Below, one piece after another: positions 1-9,773 of a DNA stretch of 64,000 nt (positions are counted from its first letter, which is position 1; every line of letters begins with the position of its first letter). The position numbers and the translations under genes were made by a program. The notes below the pieces were generated by a model. That model searched no databases. It saw only the letters and a list, made by a program, of their open reading frames with translations, and was not told the origin of the DNA. Source of the DNA: Deltaproteobacteria bacterium (lineage in GTDB: Bacteria > Desulfobacterota > Binatia > Binatales > Binataceae); contig JAJXYF010000014.1 of NCBI GenBank assembly GCA_021780755.1, positions 31,888-95,887 on the forward strand, read 5' to 3'.

Positions 1-1
1 G

Positions 2-607
2 CTTTATGCCGACCTCATCGGCCATTGGAAGAAACGCAACGCGTCGGCGCTCGCCGAGGTCGATCCCGCCAACCTCGATCGCCAGCAACTGGGCGAGTTG
101 CTCCGTGAATACGCGGGCGGCGCGTGGGCCGATCGGTTGAACGAATACAAGCTGGTGCCCGAGGGCGAGGCGGCGGCCGCGGCGTGGGCGGCGCGGGGTG
201 CGGCGGTGATCGATGACTACGCCGCGTGCGGCCTCGCGCAGGGGCGCGACATCCGCGATTTGTTCACGCGCAATTTCTATTTCGGCTGCGAGGCCGACGA
301 TCCGGCCAACGCGTGGGGCTTCAACGCGAAGGTCAATCCCTACGGCGCCAGGCTCAAGACGCTGTTCGGCTCCGACATCGGCCATTTCGACGTGCCCGAC
401 ATGCGTGCGGTGCTGGGCGAGGCGCATGAACTGGTTGACGACGGACTGATCACGCGCGACGACTTCCGCGACTTCGTCTTCACCTGGCCGGTGGAATTCT
501 GGGGCGGCACGAATCCGGACTTCTTCAAAGGCACCGCGGTCGAGGGCGCGGCGCGCAAACTGATCGGGACGATTGCGGACGGCGAAGTGATGGTCAGCCC
601 GCGTTAG
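2..607 (+). CDS. Amidohydrolase family protein, C-terminal part (5' truncated by window edge)
   Basis: Frame open from position 2 (LYADLIGHWKKRN...); motifs FYFGCEADD and LFGSDIGHFD typical of amidohydro_2 C-termini. Confidence 0.8.
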   Translation, partial: LYADLIGHWKKRNASALAEVDPANLDRQQLGELLREYAGGAWADRLNEYKLVPEGEAAAAAWAARGAAVIDDYAACGLAQGRDIRDLFTRNFYFGCEADDPANAWGFNAKVNPYGARLKTLFGSDIGHFDVPDMRAVLGEAHELVDDGLITRDDFRDFVFTWPVEFWGGTNPDFFKGTAVEGAARKLIGTIADGEVMVSPR

Positions 608-648
608 TCGCCGGGTTGGGCGCTTCGCGTTGGACGAAGGGGGCAGGG

Positions 649-2010
649 TCAGGAAATCCGCGGCGAAGCGAGCGGCAGGGTCACGACGAATTCGCAGCCG
701 CCGCGATCGCGATTGGTGGCGGTGATGGTGCCGTGATGCAGCCGCGCGATTTCGCGGCAGAGACTCAGCCCGAGACCGTGGCCGGATTCGGCGCGCGCTT
801 TGCCGCGAAAGAAGCGATCGAAGATGAAGGGGAGGTCGGCGGGCGGGATGCCCGGGCCGCTATCGGCAACGCGCAGGATGGCGTGAGCGTCGCGCGCGGT
901 GACGCCGATACTGACCTGCCCATGCGCGGGCGTGAATTTGATCGCGTTGTCGAGCAGATTGATGACGAGCCGCTTCAAGTGGAGCGGATTGCAATCGATC
1001 ACGACGGCGCCGGCGGTCTCGACCGCGAGCGTGAGTTGCTTCGCCTGCACCAGTGGTTCGACCGCCTCGACGACTTCGTGAACCAGCGCGGCGAGGTCCA
1101 TGCGCTCGCGATCCAGCGCCGCCTCCTGATCGAGCCGGGCAAGCGTGAGCAACCGATCGGCGATCGTACACAGGGCGACGACTTCGGCGAGCGCCGCCGC
1201 CAGCGCTTCGGCATACGCGACAGGCGATCGATCGTGAGCGAGCGCGACTTCGAGGCCGGTGCGCAACACGGCGAGCGGGGTGCGCAATTCGTGGGCGGCG
1301 TCGGCGGCGAAGCGGCGCTCGGTGTCGGTGGCGCGTTCGACGCGTTCGAGCAGCGCGTTGATGGCGCGGGTGAGGCGTGCGACCTCGTCGTTGATCGGGC
1401 CGGGGTCGAGGCGCCGGCTTAAATCACGCGGGTCGATGCGGGAGAGTTCGCCGGCCAGCGCGATCATCGGGACCAAGGCGCGGCCCGCGATCAGATAGCC
1501 GCCGGAAACGGCGACGATCAGAATCAGCGGCAGGATGAGCAGGAGGCTCGCGCGCAGCTTCGCGATGGATTTACGGATCGCGATCGCGTCAACGCCGTCT
1601 TCCAGAATGGCGGCGGCGCCCGCGAGCTGGAACGGGACGATCGCGAAGCGCAATTGCCCGCGCGCACCGTCGCGGACGCCGCGTTGAGGATGAACCGCGT
1701 CAAGCCGGGGCAAGTCCCCGGCGGTGTCGCCAAAGTCGGCGATGACGCGATCGCCGCTGACGATCCTGACGCGCCGGTGCGGTCCGAGATCGCGTTCGTC
1801 ACTGAGGTGGCGCACGATCGAATAGCCGGCGGCGCCCGGGCCGAGCCCGCTGATGGCGGTGGTGGCAGTGTCCGCTTCTTCAAGCAGGGCGGCGTCGAGC
1901 GCGCCCCATTGTTGACGCTCGAAAAGCAGGAAGACGGCGAGGCCGGCGACGATCAACAACGCGGCGATGATCAGCGCCCAGTAAATCGTGAGTCGGAGGC
2001 GGATGCTCAT
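649..2010 (-). CDS. Sensor histidine kinase (2 TM, HAMP, HisKA, HATPase; CusS/CzcS-like architecture)
   Basis: H-box FAADAAHELRTPL, N-box NLLDNAIKF, G boxes DSGPGI and GHGLGL. Confidence 0.93.
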   Translation of the reverse strand: MSIRLRLTIYWALIIAALLIVAGLAVFLLFERQQWGALDAALLEEADTATTAISGLGPGAAGYSIVRHLSDERDLGPHRRVRIVSGDRVIADFGDTAGDLPRLDAVHPQRGVRDGARGQLRFAIVPFQLAGAAAILEDGVDAIAIRKSIAKLRASLLLILPLILIVAVSGGYLIAGRALVPMIALAGELSRIDPRDLSRRLDPGPINDEVARLTRAINALLERVERATDTERRFAADAAHELRTPLAVLRTGLEVALAHDRSPVAYAEALAAALAEVVALCTIADRLLTLARLDQEAALDRERMDLAALVHEVVEAVEPLVQAKQLTLAVETAGAVVIDCNPLHLKRLVINLLDNAIKFTPAHGQVSIGVTARDAHAILRVADSGPGIPPADLPFIFDRFFRGKARAESGHGLGLSLCREIARLHHGTITATNRDRGGCEFVVTLPLASPRIS

Positions 2011-2052
2011 GCGAGGTTGTACGGCGACTTTCGAGAGCGGTGTATGGCGGTG

Positions 2053-2733
2053 CTAATGCGAGCGGATCGAATAGCCGACGCCGCGCACGGTGGCGATCGG
2101 CGAGTCGCCGGGGCCATCGCTGATTTTCTGGCGGAGGCGGTTGATGAAGACTTCGATGAGGTTGGTGAAGTCGTTGTAGCCTGTGCCCCACACGACTTCG
2201 GCGATCATGTCGCGGGTGACGGGCTGGCCGGCGTTGCGCATCAGCAGTTCGAGCAGGATAGCTTCCTTGGGCGAGAGCGCGAGGTCGCGGCCGTCGCGCA
2301 AGGCGCGCCGCCGCACGGTATCGAATTCGAGGCCGCCGGCCTTGAGCGTCGATTGAGTGCCGATGGTGCGGCGGCGAATCAACGCGCGCAGGCGTGCGAG
2401 TAACTCGGCGAAGGCGAACGGCTTGGTCAGGTAATCGTCGGCGCCGCTGTCCAATCCGATGACGCGATCGTCGAGCGAGCCGCGTGCGGTCAGCGCCAGC
2501 ACCGGAGTTGGGTTGCCGGCCGCGCGAATTTCGCGCAGGAAATCGATGCCGTCCTTTCCCGGGAGCCGCAAGTCGAGCACGATCGCGTCGAAGACCTGGT
2601 CCGCGAGGAGCCGCTCGGCGTGCTCGGCGCGGTCGGCGCAGGTAATCGTAAAGCCGTCTTCGGCGAGTCCGAGCCGCAGGCTTTTGCGCAGTTCGGCTTC
2701 GTCTTCAACGATGAGTAATCGCACGTCGCGCAT
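2053..2733 (-). CDS. OmpR/PhoB-family response regulator
   Basis: LIVEDE, LDLRLPGKDG, GADDYLTKPF, winged-helix C-terminus TVRGVGY. Confidence 0.95.
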   Translation of the reverse strand: MRDVRLLIVEDEAELRKSLRLGLAEDGFTITCADRAEHAERLLADQVFDAIVLDLRLPGKDGIDFLREIRAAGNPTPVLALTARGSLDDRVIGLDSGADDYLTKPFAFAELLARLRALIRRRTIGTQSTLKAGGLEFDTVRRRALRDGRDLALSPKEAILLELLMRNAGQPVTRDMIAEVVWGTGYNDFTNLIEVFINRLRQKISDGPGDSPIATVRGVGYSIRSH

Positions 2734-2856
2734 GGGGTGGTTGGCGGCGGTATCGCCGTCGATGAGCGAGACCCGACAACTATTGTGATGGAGGCGGGTG
2801 GATGCGGAAAGAGGGCATCGGAGCGGCTCCGGGTCTCGCCGGTACGCTTGAGGCCG

Positions 2857-3513
2857 CTAAATGATCAGCGAGAGCAGGCCGGCGGCAATCAGGGCGACGG
2901 CCCAGATGGTATCGAGGTTGATCCACGCGCTGCGCAGGATTTGCAGGCCGATCCACTGGTAAACCGCGATCGCGACGGAGCCCATCACCAGCAGCATCGC
3001 ACCCGTGTGGACGAGCACGACCGCGATCGCCTGGATCAGGCCGAGATGGCCGTGGGCGGCGATGGTGGGCATGTGGTGATGATGCATCGCGGGCATCCCG
3101 GCGGCGCCCGCCGGCATGTCCATCAGGATGGGAAAGAGCATCAGGCCGGCGCCGTGAGCGGAGGCCATCAGGAAGGACCAGACCGCGAGGTCGCGTGCAT
3201 TGACGCGCATCGCGACCCACCGCGGATGCGCCTGCGGGCGCCATAGGCGGAAGAGTCCGAACGCAATCAAGGCGGTCGCGCCGAGCGGACGCAGGATCCA
3301 GAGGCCACTCGCCATCGCACCCGCGATTAGCGCGACGGCAAGGCCGACCGAAACCAGGTGGCCCGCCGCGATCGGCAGCAAGGCCTCGAAGACCTTGCCG
3401 CGTCGGCGCTCCTGCAGTCCGAGGGCGACGGCGAACAGCCAGCCCATCGACGGGTCGATGCCATGGTACGCGCCGAGGAACGCGACCGCGAGCCACGGCC
3501 ATGCGCCGGTCAC
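2857..3513 (-). CDS. Membrane protein with Met/His-rich loop, translationally coupled to SBP56 gene
   Basis: GTG start overlaps the SBP56 stop (GTGA); about 6 hydrophobic helices; motifs LGAYHGIDPSMGW, MASAHGAG, MPAMHHHHM. Confidence 0.75.
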   Translation of the reverse strand: MTGAWPWLAVAFLGAYHGIDPSMGWLFAVALGLQERRRGKVFEALLPIAAGHLVSVGLAVALIAGAMASGLWILRPLGATALIAFGLFRLWRPQAHPRWVAMRVNARDLAVWSFLMASAHGAGLMLFPILMDMPAGAAGMPAMHHHHMPTIAAHGHLGLIQAIAVVLVHTGAMLLVMGSVAIAVYQWIGLQILRSAWINLDTIWAVALIAAGLLSLII

Positions 3514-4901
3514 GGATAGCAGTAGGAGTCCGAGGAGGAGTCGCCACCCTCGAGGCGCAGTTGATGCGGGCGTTCGCCGGTAAATGGGATGAAGAAGTCG
3601 GGGTCGATGGTCATCGTGCCGTTGGGGGCGACGTTGACCAGCGAAATCCATCCGCGGATGCCCTCGGGGTAGAACGCTTTGTCCCACGCGCCGTATAGCG
3701 AATTGGTGACGTAGATGCGGCGGCCGTCGCGGCTGATCTCGAGCATCTGGGTGCCGCCGTTGAGCGCGCCGGCCTTGGGATGCGGGGCGTGGGTAACGAC
3801 GCCGCCGAAGCGCACGGCGCCGGTGAACTTCGGTTTGAAGGGATCGCTCACGTCGTACTGGCGTAATTCGCCGGTGCCGAAACAGGCCGCGTAAAGATAC
3901 CTGTCGTCGGTGCTGAGCGCGATCTCGGTGACCAGCGGCGGCACCGCCTTGAAGGCCTTGAGCGCCGGCGGCAGCAGCGCCGGGTCAGCGGGCTCCGCGG
4001 GAATGTCGATGACCTTGCGGACGTCCCAATCGCCCTTGTCGCGATGCCACATCCAGATCGACGCGGACAGGTCCTTGGTCGAAATCACCACGCAGACAAA
4101 GCCATAGGGTCGCGTGGGGTCATGCGCGGGGCGCAATTCGAGCACGAGTTGATGTTCCGCGCCGAGGTCCCAGGCCTTCAGATGGCGCCGGCGGCGGAGG
4201 TCCCATAGATGCAGGTGATGGCCGTACTTGCCCTGCACGAGCAGGTCAAGGTCGGGACCGGCCTCGATCATGTTGGGGGTGCCCCATTCGCTGGTGATGG
4301 CGACGTCGTAGCCGAGGTGCCACCAGAAATCGTAGCCGAGGAATTGCGGGCCGCGATCGACCTCCCAGCGGCCCAGCACGTCGAAGCTCTCATGGTCGAG
4401 CAGGAAGATGCCGCCCGGGCCGCCGCCTTGGGCATTGCCGAGGGCGCTCACGTAAATCGCATCGGGGCCGCAGTGAATCGTATGCGGCCGGCTGTAACCG
4501 GTGCGCGCCGCGATCTCCTCCGCTTCGATCACCTTGACGATCTTGGGATTGCGCGGATCGGGCTTGGTATCGATGATGTGGAGGCGCGACGATCGCAAAC
4601 CGGGCGCCAGCAGGTAGCGCCGCTCGACGTGCGGATGCGGTGCGTATGGGCAGAGCGCCGCGCTGCAGGCGTTCCAGCCGAAATGATGAATTTCATCGCC
4701 CACCCCCGGCATCTCAACGCGCCCCACGACCTGGCTGTAGCTCGACGATTGGGGATCGGTATCGATCACGCACATCGCGTCGTGCTTGCCGTTGGACGGA
4801 TCGGGATTGAAGACGCCGGCGTAGGCGAGCTTTTCGCGCGGACCTTCCGCAGCCATGCGGGGCGACGGATAAAAAGTCGGATCGGGTTTCCACAACGCCA
4901 T
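3510..4901 (-). CDS. Selenium-binding protein SBP56 family (methanethiol oxidase-like)
   Basis: Start MALWKPDPTFYPSP with GGAGG RBS; DEIHHFGWNACS, RPHTIHC, YDFWW, TNSLY and GGDSSSD motifs. Confidence 0.92.
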   Translation of the reverse strand: MALWKPDPTFYPSPRMAAEGPREKLAYAGVFNPDPSNGKHDAMCVIDTDPQSSSYSQVVGRVEMPGVGDEIHHFGWNACSAALCPYAPHPHVERRYLLAPGLRSSRLHIIDTKPDPRNPKIVKVIEAEEIAARTGYSRPHTIHCGPDAIYVSALGNAQGGGPGGIFLLDHESFDVLGRWEVDRGPQFLGYDFWWHLGYDVAITSEWGTPNMIEAGPDLDLLVQGKYGHHLHLWDLRRRRHLKAWDLGAEHQLVLELRPAHDPTRPYGFVCVVISTKDLSASIWMWHRDKGDWDVRKVIDIPAEPADPALLPPALKAFKAVPPLVTEIALSTDDRYLYAACFGTGELRQYDVSDPFKPKFTGAVRFGGVVTHAPHPKAGALNGGTQMLEISRDGRRIYVTNSLYGAWDKAFYPEGIRGWISLVNVAPNGTMTIDPDFFIPFTGERPHQLRLEGGDSSSDSYCYP

Positions 4902-5160
4902 CTGGGATAACCTCCCACGTGCGAATTTGACGCCACGATAATGTTCTCGGCGTGCTCGTTCAATCCATACTCGGCCCCGCACGTCATTGCGAGCCGGCGT
5001 TATCGCGCCACGCGATTCGCCTTGCAATTTTGCCCGCGAGTATGGTGACGTGCGGCACAGCCTGCGGGCATCGATGAGTCGCTGCGGTGATTGAATGATC
5101 GAACGAGCGCATCTGACCAGACTCCGGTGGCACGGGGAGTCACTTCGACGGAGGTGAGCG

Positions 5161-5586
5161 ATGGAGGGAACCCGTAACCTGACGGCCTTGGCCGGACGAA
5201 TTCTGCTCGCGCTGATTTTCGTCCTGTCGGGCTTCGGCAAGCTGACCAATCTCGCGGGGACCGCCGGCTACATGGAGCACGCGGGAATGCCGCATGCGCT
5301 GGTGTATCCGGGGCTGCTCGCGAGCATCGCGGTGGAACTCGGGTTCGGCTTGCTGTTGATGATCGGATTCCGCGCGCGGATCGTCGCGCTGGTGATGTTC
5401 CTGTGGTTTATCCCGGTGACGATCCTGTTCCACTTCCTGCCCTGGCGCGAAGCCGTGGCCAGCGGCGACAAGATGGGCGCGATGATGCAGCAGATCAATT
5501 ACATGAAGAATATTTCGATCATGGGCGGGCTGCTGATGGTGGTGAGCTTCGGTGCGGGCGCATGGAGCGTTGACGGCGGAAAATAA
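5161..5586 (+). CDS. DoxX family membrane protein
   Basis: GRILLALIF, SGFGK, KNISIMGGLL, GAGAWSVD; GGAGG RBS. Confidence 0.9.
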   Translation: MEGTRNLTALAGRILLALIFVLSGFGKLTNLAGTAGYMEHAGMPHALVYPGLLASIAVELGFGLLLMIGFRARIVALVMFLWFIPVTILFHFLPWREAVASGDKMGAMMQQINYMKNISIMGGLLMVVSFGAGAWSVDGGK

Positions 5587-5599
5587 TCGGTGCTCAAGG

Positions 5600-5640
5600 A
5601 AAAAGGCGCGACGGAGCCTACGAAAGGCCTTCGCCGCGCC
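5600..5640 (-). terminator. Probable intrinsic terminator after bolA-grxD
   Basis: ggcgcg...cgcgcc stem followed on the minus strand by a T5 run, between convergent genes. Confidence 0.5.
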
Positions 5641-5672
5641 GGTTCAATCAACGCGAACTTCGATGGGCGAAA

Positions 5673-6005
5673 TTAGTTCGTGGCGGCCTGTCCGGTCGCG
5701 CCCTTGACCATCGTCTGCAGTTCGCCGGTCTCGTAAAGCTCGCGCACGATGTCGCAGCCGCCGACGAACTTGCCGTCGATATAGACCTGCGGAATCGTCG
5801 GCCAGTTGCTGTACGCCTTGACCTGGTCGCGCACCTCGGGATCCGACAGCACGTCCATCGTCTCGTAGGGCGCGCCCAGTTGCTCGAAGATCTGCACCGT
5901 CGCCGCGGAAAATCCGCATTGCGGAAAATTGCGGTTGCCCTTCATGAAGATCATGACTTTGTTGCCGGCAATCGCCGACTTAATCCGGTCAAGCGCGTTC
6001 GCCAT
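5673..6005 (-). CDS. grxD: Monothiol glutaredoxin Grx4
   Basis: FMKG, PQCGFS, SNWPTIPQ, GGCDI. Confidence 0.95.
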   Translation of the reverse strand: MANALDRIKSAIAGNKVMIFMKGNRNFPQCGFSAATVQIFEQLGAPYETMDVLSDPEVRDQVKAYSNWPTIPQVYIDGKFVGGCDIVRELYETGELQTMVKGATGQAATN

Positions 6006-6013
6006 CGTAAACT

Positions 6014-6259
6014 CTACCTCCGATTCTGATATTGGGCCGGCGTCAGAGTCTTGAGCTGCAGCGCATGCACCCGCGCGCGCATCGCGTCGCCCAAGGTCGC
6101 GTAAACCACCTGATGTCGTTCGACCAGCCCCTTGCCCTCGAACTTGTCGCTCACCACCAGCGCCTCGAAATGGTCGCCGCCGCCGGTGGTGTCCTGCACC
6201 TCGACATGCGCGCCGGGCAGGCCGCGTTCGATCATCTGTTGCAATTCCGTCGGGTCCAT
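6014..6259 (-). CDS. bolA: BolA family protein
   Basis: GGGDHF, VVSDKFEGK, RHQVVY, VHAL; adjacent to grxD. Confidence 0.92.
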   Translation of the reverse strand: MDPTELQQMIERGLPGAHVEVQDTTGGGDHFEALVVSDKFEGKGLVERHQVVYATLGDAMRARVHALQLKTLTPAQYQNRR

Positions 6260-6326
6260 CGTCCGCCTATTCTAGCGATTCCGTACCGGCAATTTCCACT
6301 GGTCGCGATCGGATCGGGCGTCGGCG

Positions 6327-7466
6327 TCAGACCTGCTCGAAAACCGTCGTGATTCCCTGCCCGATCCCGATACACATGCTCGCGACCCCCAGCGCTACGC
6401 CCCGGCGAATCATCTCATGCACCAGCGTCACCGTCAGCCGCGCGCCCGAACATCCCAGCGGATGGCCGATGGCGACCGCACCGCCGTTGACGTTGAGCTT
6501 TTCCTCATCGATGCGGATGTCGGTATTGCATGCGAGCACCTGGGCCGCGAACGCCTCGTTGATTTCCCATAGCCCGATGTCGGCAGGCTTCAGACCGGCG
6601 CGGGTGAGCGCCTTGTGCGACGCCGGCACCGGACCCCATCCCATGATTTCGGGCCGGACGCCGGCCACCGCGGTCGCCCGAATCCGTACCTTCGGCTTCA
6701 GCCCGAGCGCCTTTGCGCGATCGGCACTCATGAGCAGGACGGCCGCGGCGCCGTCGCTGATTTGCGATGAATTCCCGGCGGTTACCTGGCCGCTCGGGAT
6801 GAACGACGGTTTCAGCGCCGCCAGCTTTTCGATCGTGGTCTCGGCGCGGGGGCCCTGGTCAATGTCAACGGTGGGGCCGCCCGGCAGCGCGATCGGCACG
6901 ATCTCCTGCTTGAAACGATCGCGCGCGGCGACCGCCCGCTGATTCGAGCGGAGCGCGAACGCGTCGGACTGCGCGCGGGTAATCCCATGCATCCCGGCAA
7001 GGCGCTCGGCTGTCATGCCCATGATGTACATCTCAGGCGGATACATCGTCAGCAGCTTCGGATTCGGATTCACACCGGCGCCCATCGGCACGTGCGACAT
7101 GTTCTCGACCCCGCCCGCGATTACGACTTCGCCGGCGCCGCACATGATTTCCTGCGCGCCGAAGTTCACCGCCTGCAAGCTGGACCCGCATTGGCGATCG
7201 ACCGTGGTGCCGGCGACTTCCACCGGCAATCCGGCAAGCAACGCGATCATCCGCCCGAGGTTGAGGCTCTGCTCGCCCGACTGGTTCGCGCAACCCCAGA
7301 CCACGTCCTCGATTTCGGCGGGGTTGAGCGCCGGGCTGCGCTCGAGCAGGCGCTTGATGCACGCGACTGCGAGGTCGTCGCCGCGCACGTCCTTGTAGTA
7401 GGCCTGATCGCGACCCGCGCGGCCAATCGGCGTTCTGATGGCGTCAACGATTACAACTTCACGCAT
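6327..7466 (-). CDS. Thiolase (acetyl-CoA C-acyltransferase)
   Basis: Start MREVVIVDAIRTPIG after GGAGG; DRQCGSS, EINEAFA, GHPLGCSG, MCIGIGQG. Confidence 0.95.
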   Translation of the reverse strand: MREVVIVDAIRTPIGRAGRDQAYYKDVRGDDLAVACIKRLLERSPALNPAEIEDVVWGCANQSGEQSLNLGRMIALLAGLPVEVAGTTVDRQCGSSLQAVNFGAQEIMCGAGEVVIAGGVENMSHVPMGAGVNPNPKLLTMYPPEMYIMGMTAERLAGMHGITRAQSDAFALRSNQRAVAARDRFKQEIVPIALPGGPTVDIDQGPRAETTIEKLAALKPSFIPSGQVTAGNSSQISDGAAAVLLMSADRAKALGLKPKVRIRATAVAGVRPEIMGWGPVPASHKALTRAGLKPADIGLWEINEAFAAQVLACNTDIRIDEEKLNVNGGAVAIGHPLGCSGARLTVTLVHEMIRRGVALGVASMCIGIGQGITTVFEQV

Positions 7467-7611
7467 TTCTGGAACCTCCCGATTCGCGCGCACCTGCGCC
7501 CCGACGAATGATCCAGTCTGATCATAACCATCCCGTTTCGCCCCGCACAAAGGCCTGCATTGTCTGGAACCGCGAGTGCTCGCGCAGGGGCGCCCTGCTG
7601 GCGGCGCGAGA

Positions 7612-7893
7612 TTACGCCACGAGCAACTTGATTATCGGGCGCGAACGAGTTGCCTTGGCAAAACGCAGGAGAGTCTTGACGCTGGGCAGTTGCGCGCCGC
7701 TTTCGAGGCGTGCGATCACGGATTGCGAGGTCCCCATCCGCACTGCGAGTTCGCACTGGGTCAGGCCCGCGCGGGTGCGCGCCGCGATCAATTCACGGGC
7801 AAGGTTAAACTCCTCCTCCAGCGCGTCGTAGGCGTCGCGGACTTCGCGATCCGACAGCATCTTCCGCTTGAGAACTTCCAGCCGTTTGCTCAT
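7612..7893 (-). CDS. XRE/HTH antitoxin (HigA-like)
   Basis: ARTRAGLTQCELAVRMGTSQSVIARLESG HTH; ATG overlaps the toxin stop (ATGA). Confidence 0.88.
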   Translation of the reverse strand: MSKRLEVLKRKMLSDREVRDAYDALEEEFNLARELIAARTRAGLTQCELAVRMGTSQSVIARLESGAQLPSVKTLLRFAKATRSRPIIKLLVA

Positions 7894-8219
7894 GTCGCGG
7901 TCTCCCTCAGCCGCTTGAGCGCGAGTTCGATCGCGCGCGGCGGCGTCCTCCCCGTCTTCTTCACGAACGCGTGCAAAACGAGTAGCCGCTTCCCGGCCAA
8001 TGCCGTGTATAGCGCCCGGCCGATACCGGCTTTACCGTTGAACCTCATCTCTCAAAGCTTGTCGCCGAGCGGCCCCGTATGCGGCATCCCGACCTGATGC
8101 GGTCCGAAGGCCTCCAACAGTTCCGCTACACGAAGAAATCGAGCTTGCATGTCCTTTGGCAGCGCGAGCAGTTCCTTCTGCACCGCCTGGTTGAGAATAT
8201 CAACGGTCCATTCCGCCAC
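7890..8219 (-). pseudogene. RelE/Gp49-like (HigB) toxin with in-frame TGA
   Basis: Manual translation: MAEWTVDILNQAVQKELLALPKDMQARF...GMPHTGPLGDKL*EMRFNGKAGIGRALY...VLHAFVKKTGRTPPRAIELALKRL; stop at 8052-8054. Confidence 0.85.
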
Positions 8220-8359
8220 GTCGCATCATAGCATTTTTGCGATAGTGAAAGAAATCGCGCGGCCCTCGACAGCCGTCAGAATGCACAACAATTAGGCGTT
8301 CGCGAACCGCGAAATCTGGAATCCAACTCGAGACGTGCCATACTGATAGAAGGGCTCCT

Positions 8360-8396
8360 GACGCGCCTCAAGATTCACCGACGCGCCTTAAGACTC
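8360..8396 (+). promoter_or_regulatory. Tandem direct repeat, candidate activator site upstream of the Rieske operon
   Basis: gacgcgcctcaagattc (8360-8376) and gacgcgccttaagactc (8380-8396), 15/17 identical, 20-bp period. Confidence 0.45.
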
Positions 8397-8553
8397 TTCG
8401 TCCGGACCCGCGAGGAGCGCAAAAACTTTTTTTTTCGATATCAACAGAACTTGCCATACCAAGCCCAGCCGTACTGGCTATAAACACGAGGCGCGGCCAA
8501 GGAGCGGATACAGCGATACAATCCGCAACGAAAATGTCCGTTGAAGGACGCAC

Positions 8554-9756
8554 ATGAAGCCCGACGACAAGCCTCCGATTGACGCTACCGCACGCAAACC
8601 AATCGTACCCAATCGTCTGTATGCGCCCTACCTCGAAGCGTCGTGGGGCTTCAAGAACGCATGGTATCCGGCGCTTTTCAGCAGCGAAGTCGGCGAAAAT
8701 GAGGTCAAGGGCGTCACCATCGCGAGCCACGATATCGCGCTGCGCCGGGTGAAGGGGCGCGTGCACGCGATTCAGGATCGCTGTGCCCATCGCGGCGTCA
8801 AGATGTCGCTGCGGCCGACCTGCCTCACCGATGAAACCATCACCTGCTGGTATCACGGATTCACCTACGGGCTGAATGACGGCACCCTCAAGACCATCGT
8901 CGCGTCGCCCGACGATCCGCTGATTGGCCAGGTCCGCATCCGCACCTATCCGGTTGAGGAGCGCGCCGGAATCATCTTCGTTTTCGTCGGCGACGAGGAT
9001 TACGCGCCGGCGCCGCCGCTCACCGCCGACCTGCCGATTCAGATTACCGACGACGCGAATCCGGTCGCGCACATTCTCGATGCCCACGTTTACGTCCGCG
9101 GGATCCATCGCGAGGGCAACTCCAACTGGCGGATCGCGGTTGAAAACGGCTTCGACCCCGGCCATCTGCTGATTCATTGGGACAACGTCATCGTCGCGGC
9201 GACCGACCGGCGGATGGGCCTGGGCGCGCGCCCGATCGCCGAGGACGCGATCAAAATAATCGACGAGCCCAACGGTCCGCGCGGCATGATGAACATGTAC
9301 AACACGCGGGCGTACAAGTTCTTCATGGAAAACAAAGTTATCGGGATGAAGGCGCGCGGCAAGACGCCCTACTACGCGCGCACGTCGGTGTACCTGCCGG
9401 GGGTGCTGCTGGTCGAGCACTGGCCGGTGCCGGGATGGGCGCAATACGAATGGTACGTGCCGACCGACGACCGCCATCACGTTTATTGGGAGGTGCTGGT
9501 CGGTCATTGCCGCGACGACCAGGAGCGCCGCGAGGCGGACTATCTCTACGATCATTTTTTCGAGCCGCTGGCACTGCGCGATTTCAACGACAACGATGTT
9601 TTCGCGCGCGAGGCGATGCAGGATTTTTACGAGAATCGCGACGGCTGGAATGCCGAGACGCTGTGCGCGTTTGACGAATCGGTGATCATGTGGCGCAAGA
9701 TTGCGGCGCGCTTCAATCGCGGTATCCAGGACCCGCCGCATCGGCGCGGGCGCTGA
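8554..9756 (+). CDS. Rieske non-heme iron oxygenase, CarAa/OxoO-like (N-heteroaromatic oxygenase type)
   Basis: WGFKNAWYP, DRCAHRG...TCWYHG Rieske motif, NWRIAVENGFDPGHLLIH iron site, DFNDND. Confidence 0.9.
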   Translation: MKPDDKPPIDATARKPIVPNRLYAPYLEASWGFKNAWYPALFSSEVGENEVKGVTIASHDIALRRVKGRVHAIQDRCAHRGVKMSLRPTCLTDETITCWYHGFTYGLNDGTLKTIVASPDDPLIGQVRIRTYPVEERAGIIFVFVGDEDYAPAPPLTADLPIQITDDANPVAHILDAHVYVRGIHREGNSNWRIAVENGFDPGHLLIHWDNVIVAATDRRMGLGARPIAEDAIKIIDEPNGPRGMMNMYNTRAYKFFMENKVIGMKARGKTPYYARTSVYLPGVLLVEHWPVPGWAQYEWYVPTDDRHHVYWEVLVGHCRDDQERREADYLYDHFFEPLALRDFNDNDVFAREAMQDFYENRDGWNAETLCAFDESVIMWRKIAARFNRGIQDPPHRRGR

Positions 9757-9773
9757 CGCGGGAGACGTGGACG

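Noticed and set aside
8052..8054. In-frame TGA as selenocysteine or alternative genetic code
   Set aside because: The position corresponds to Trp, not Cys, and TGA is an ordinary stop for many genes in this window (e.g. dnaE, prs, ispE).
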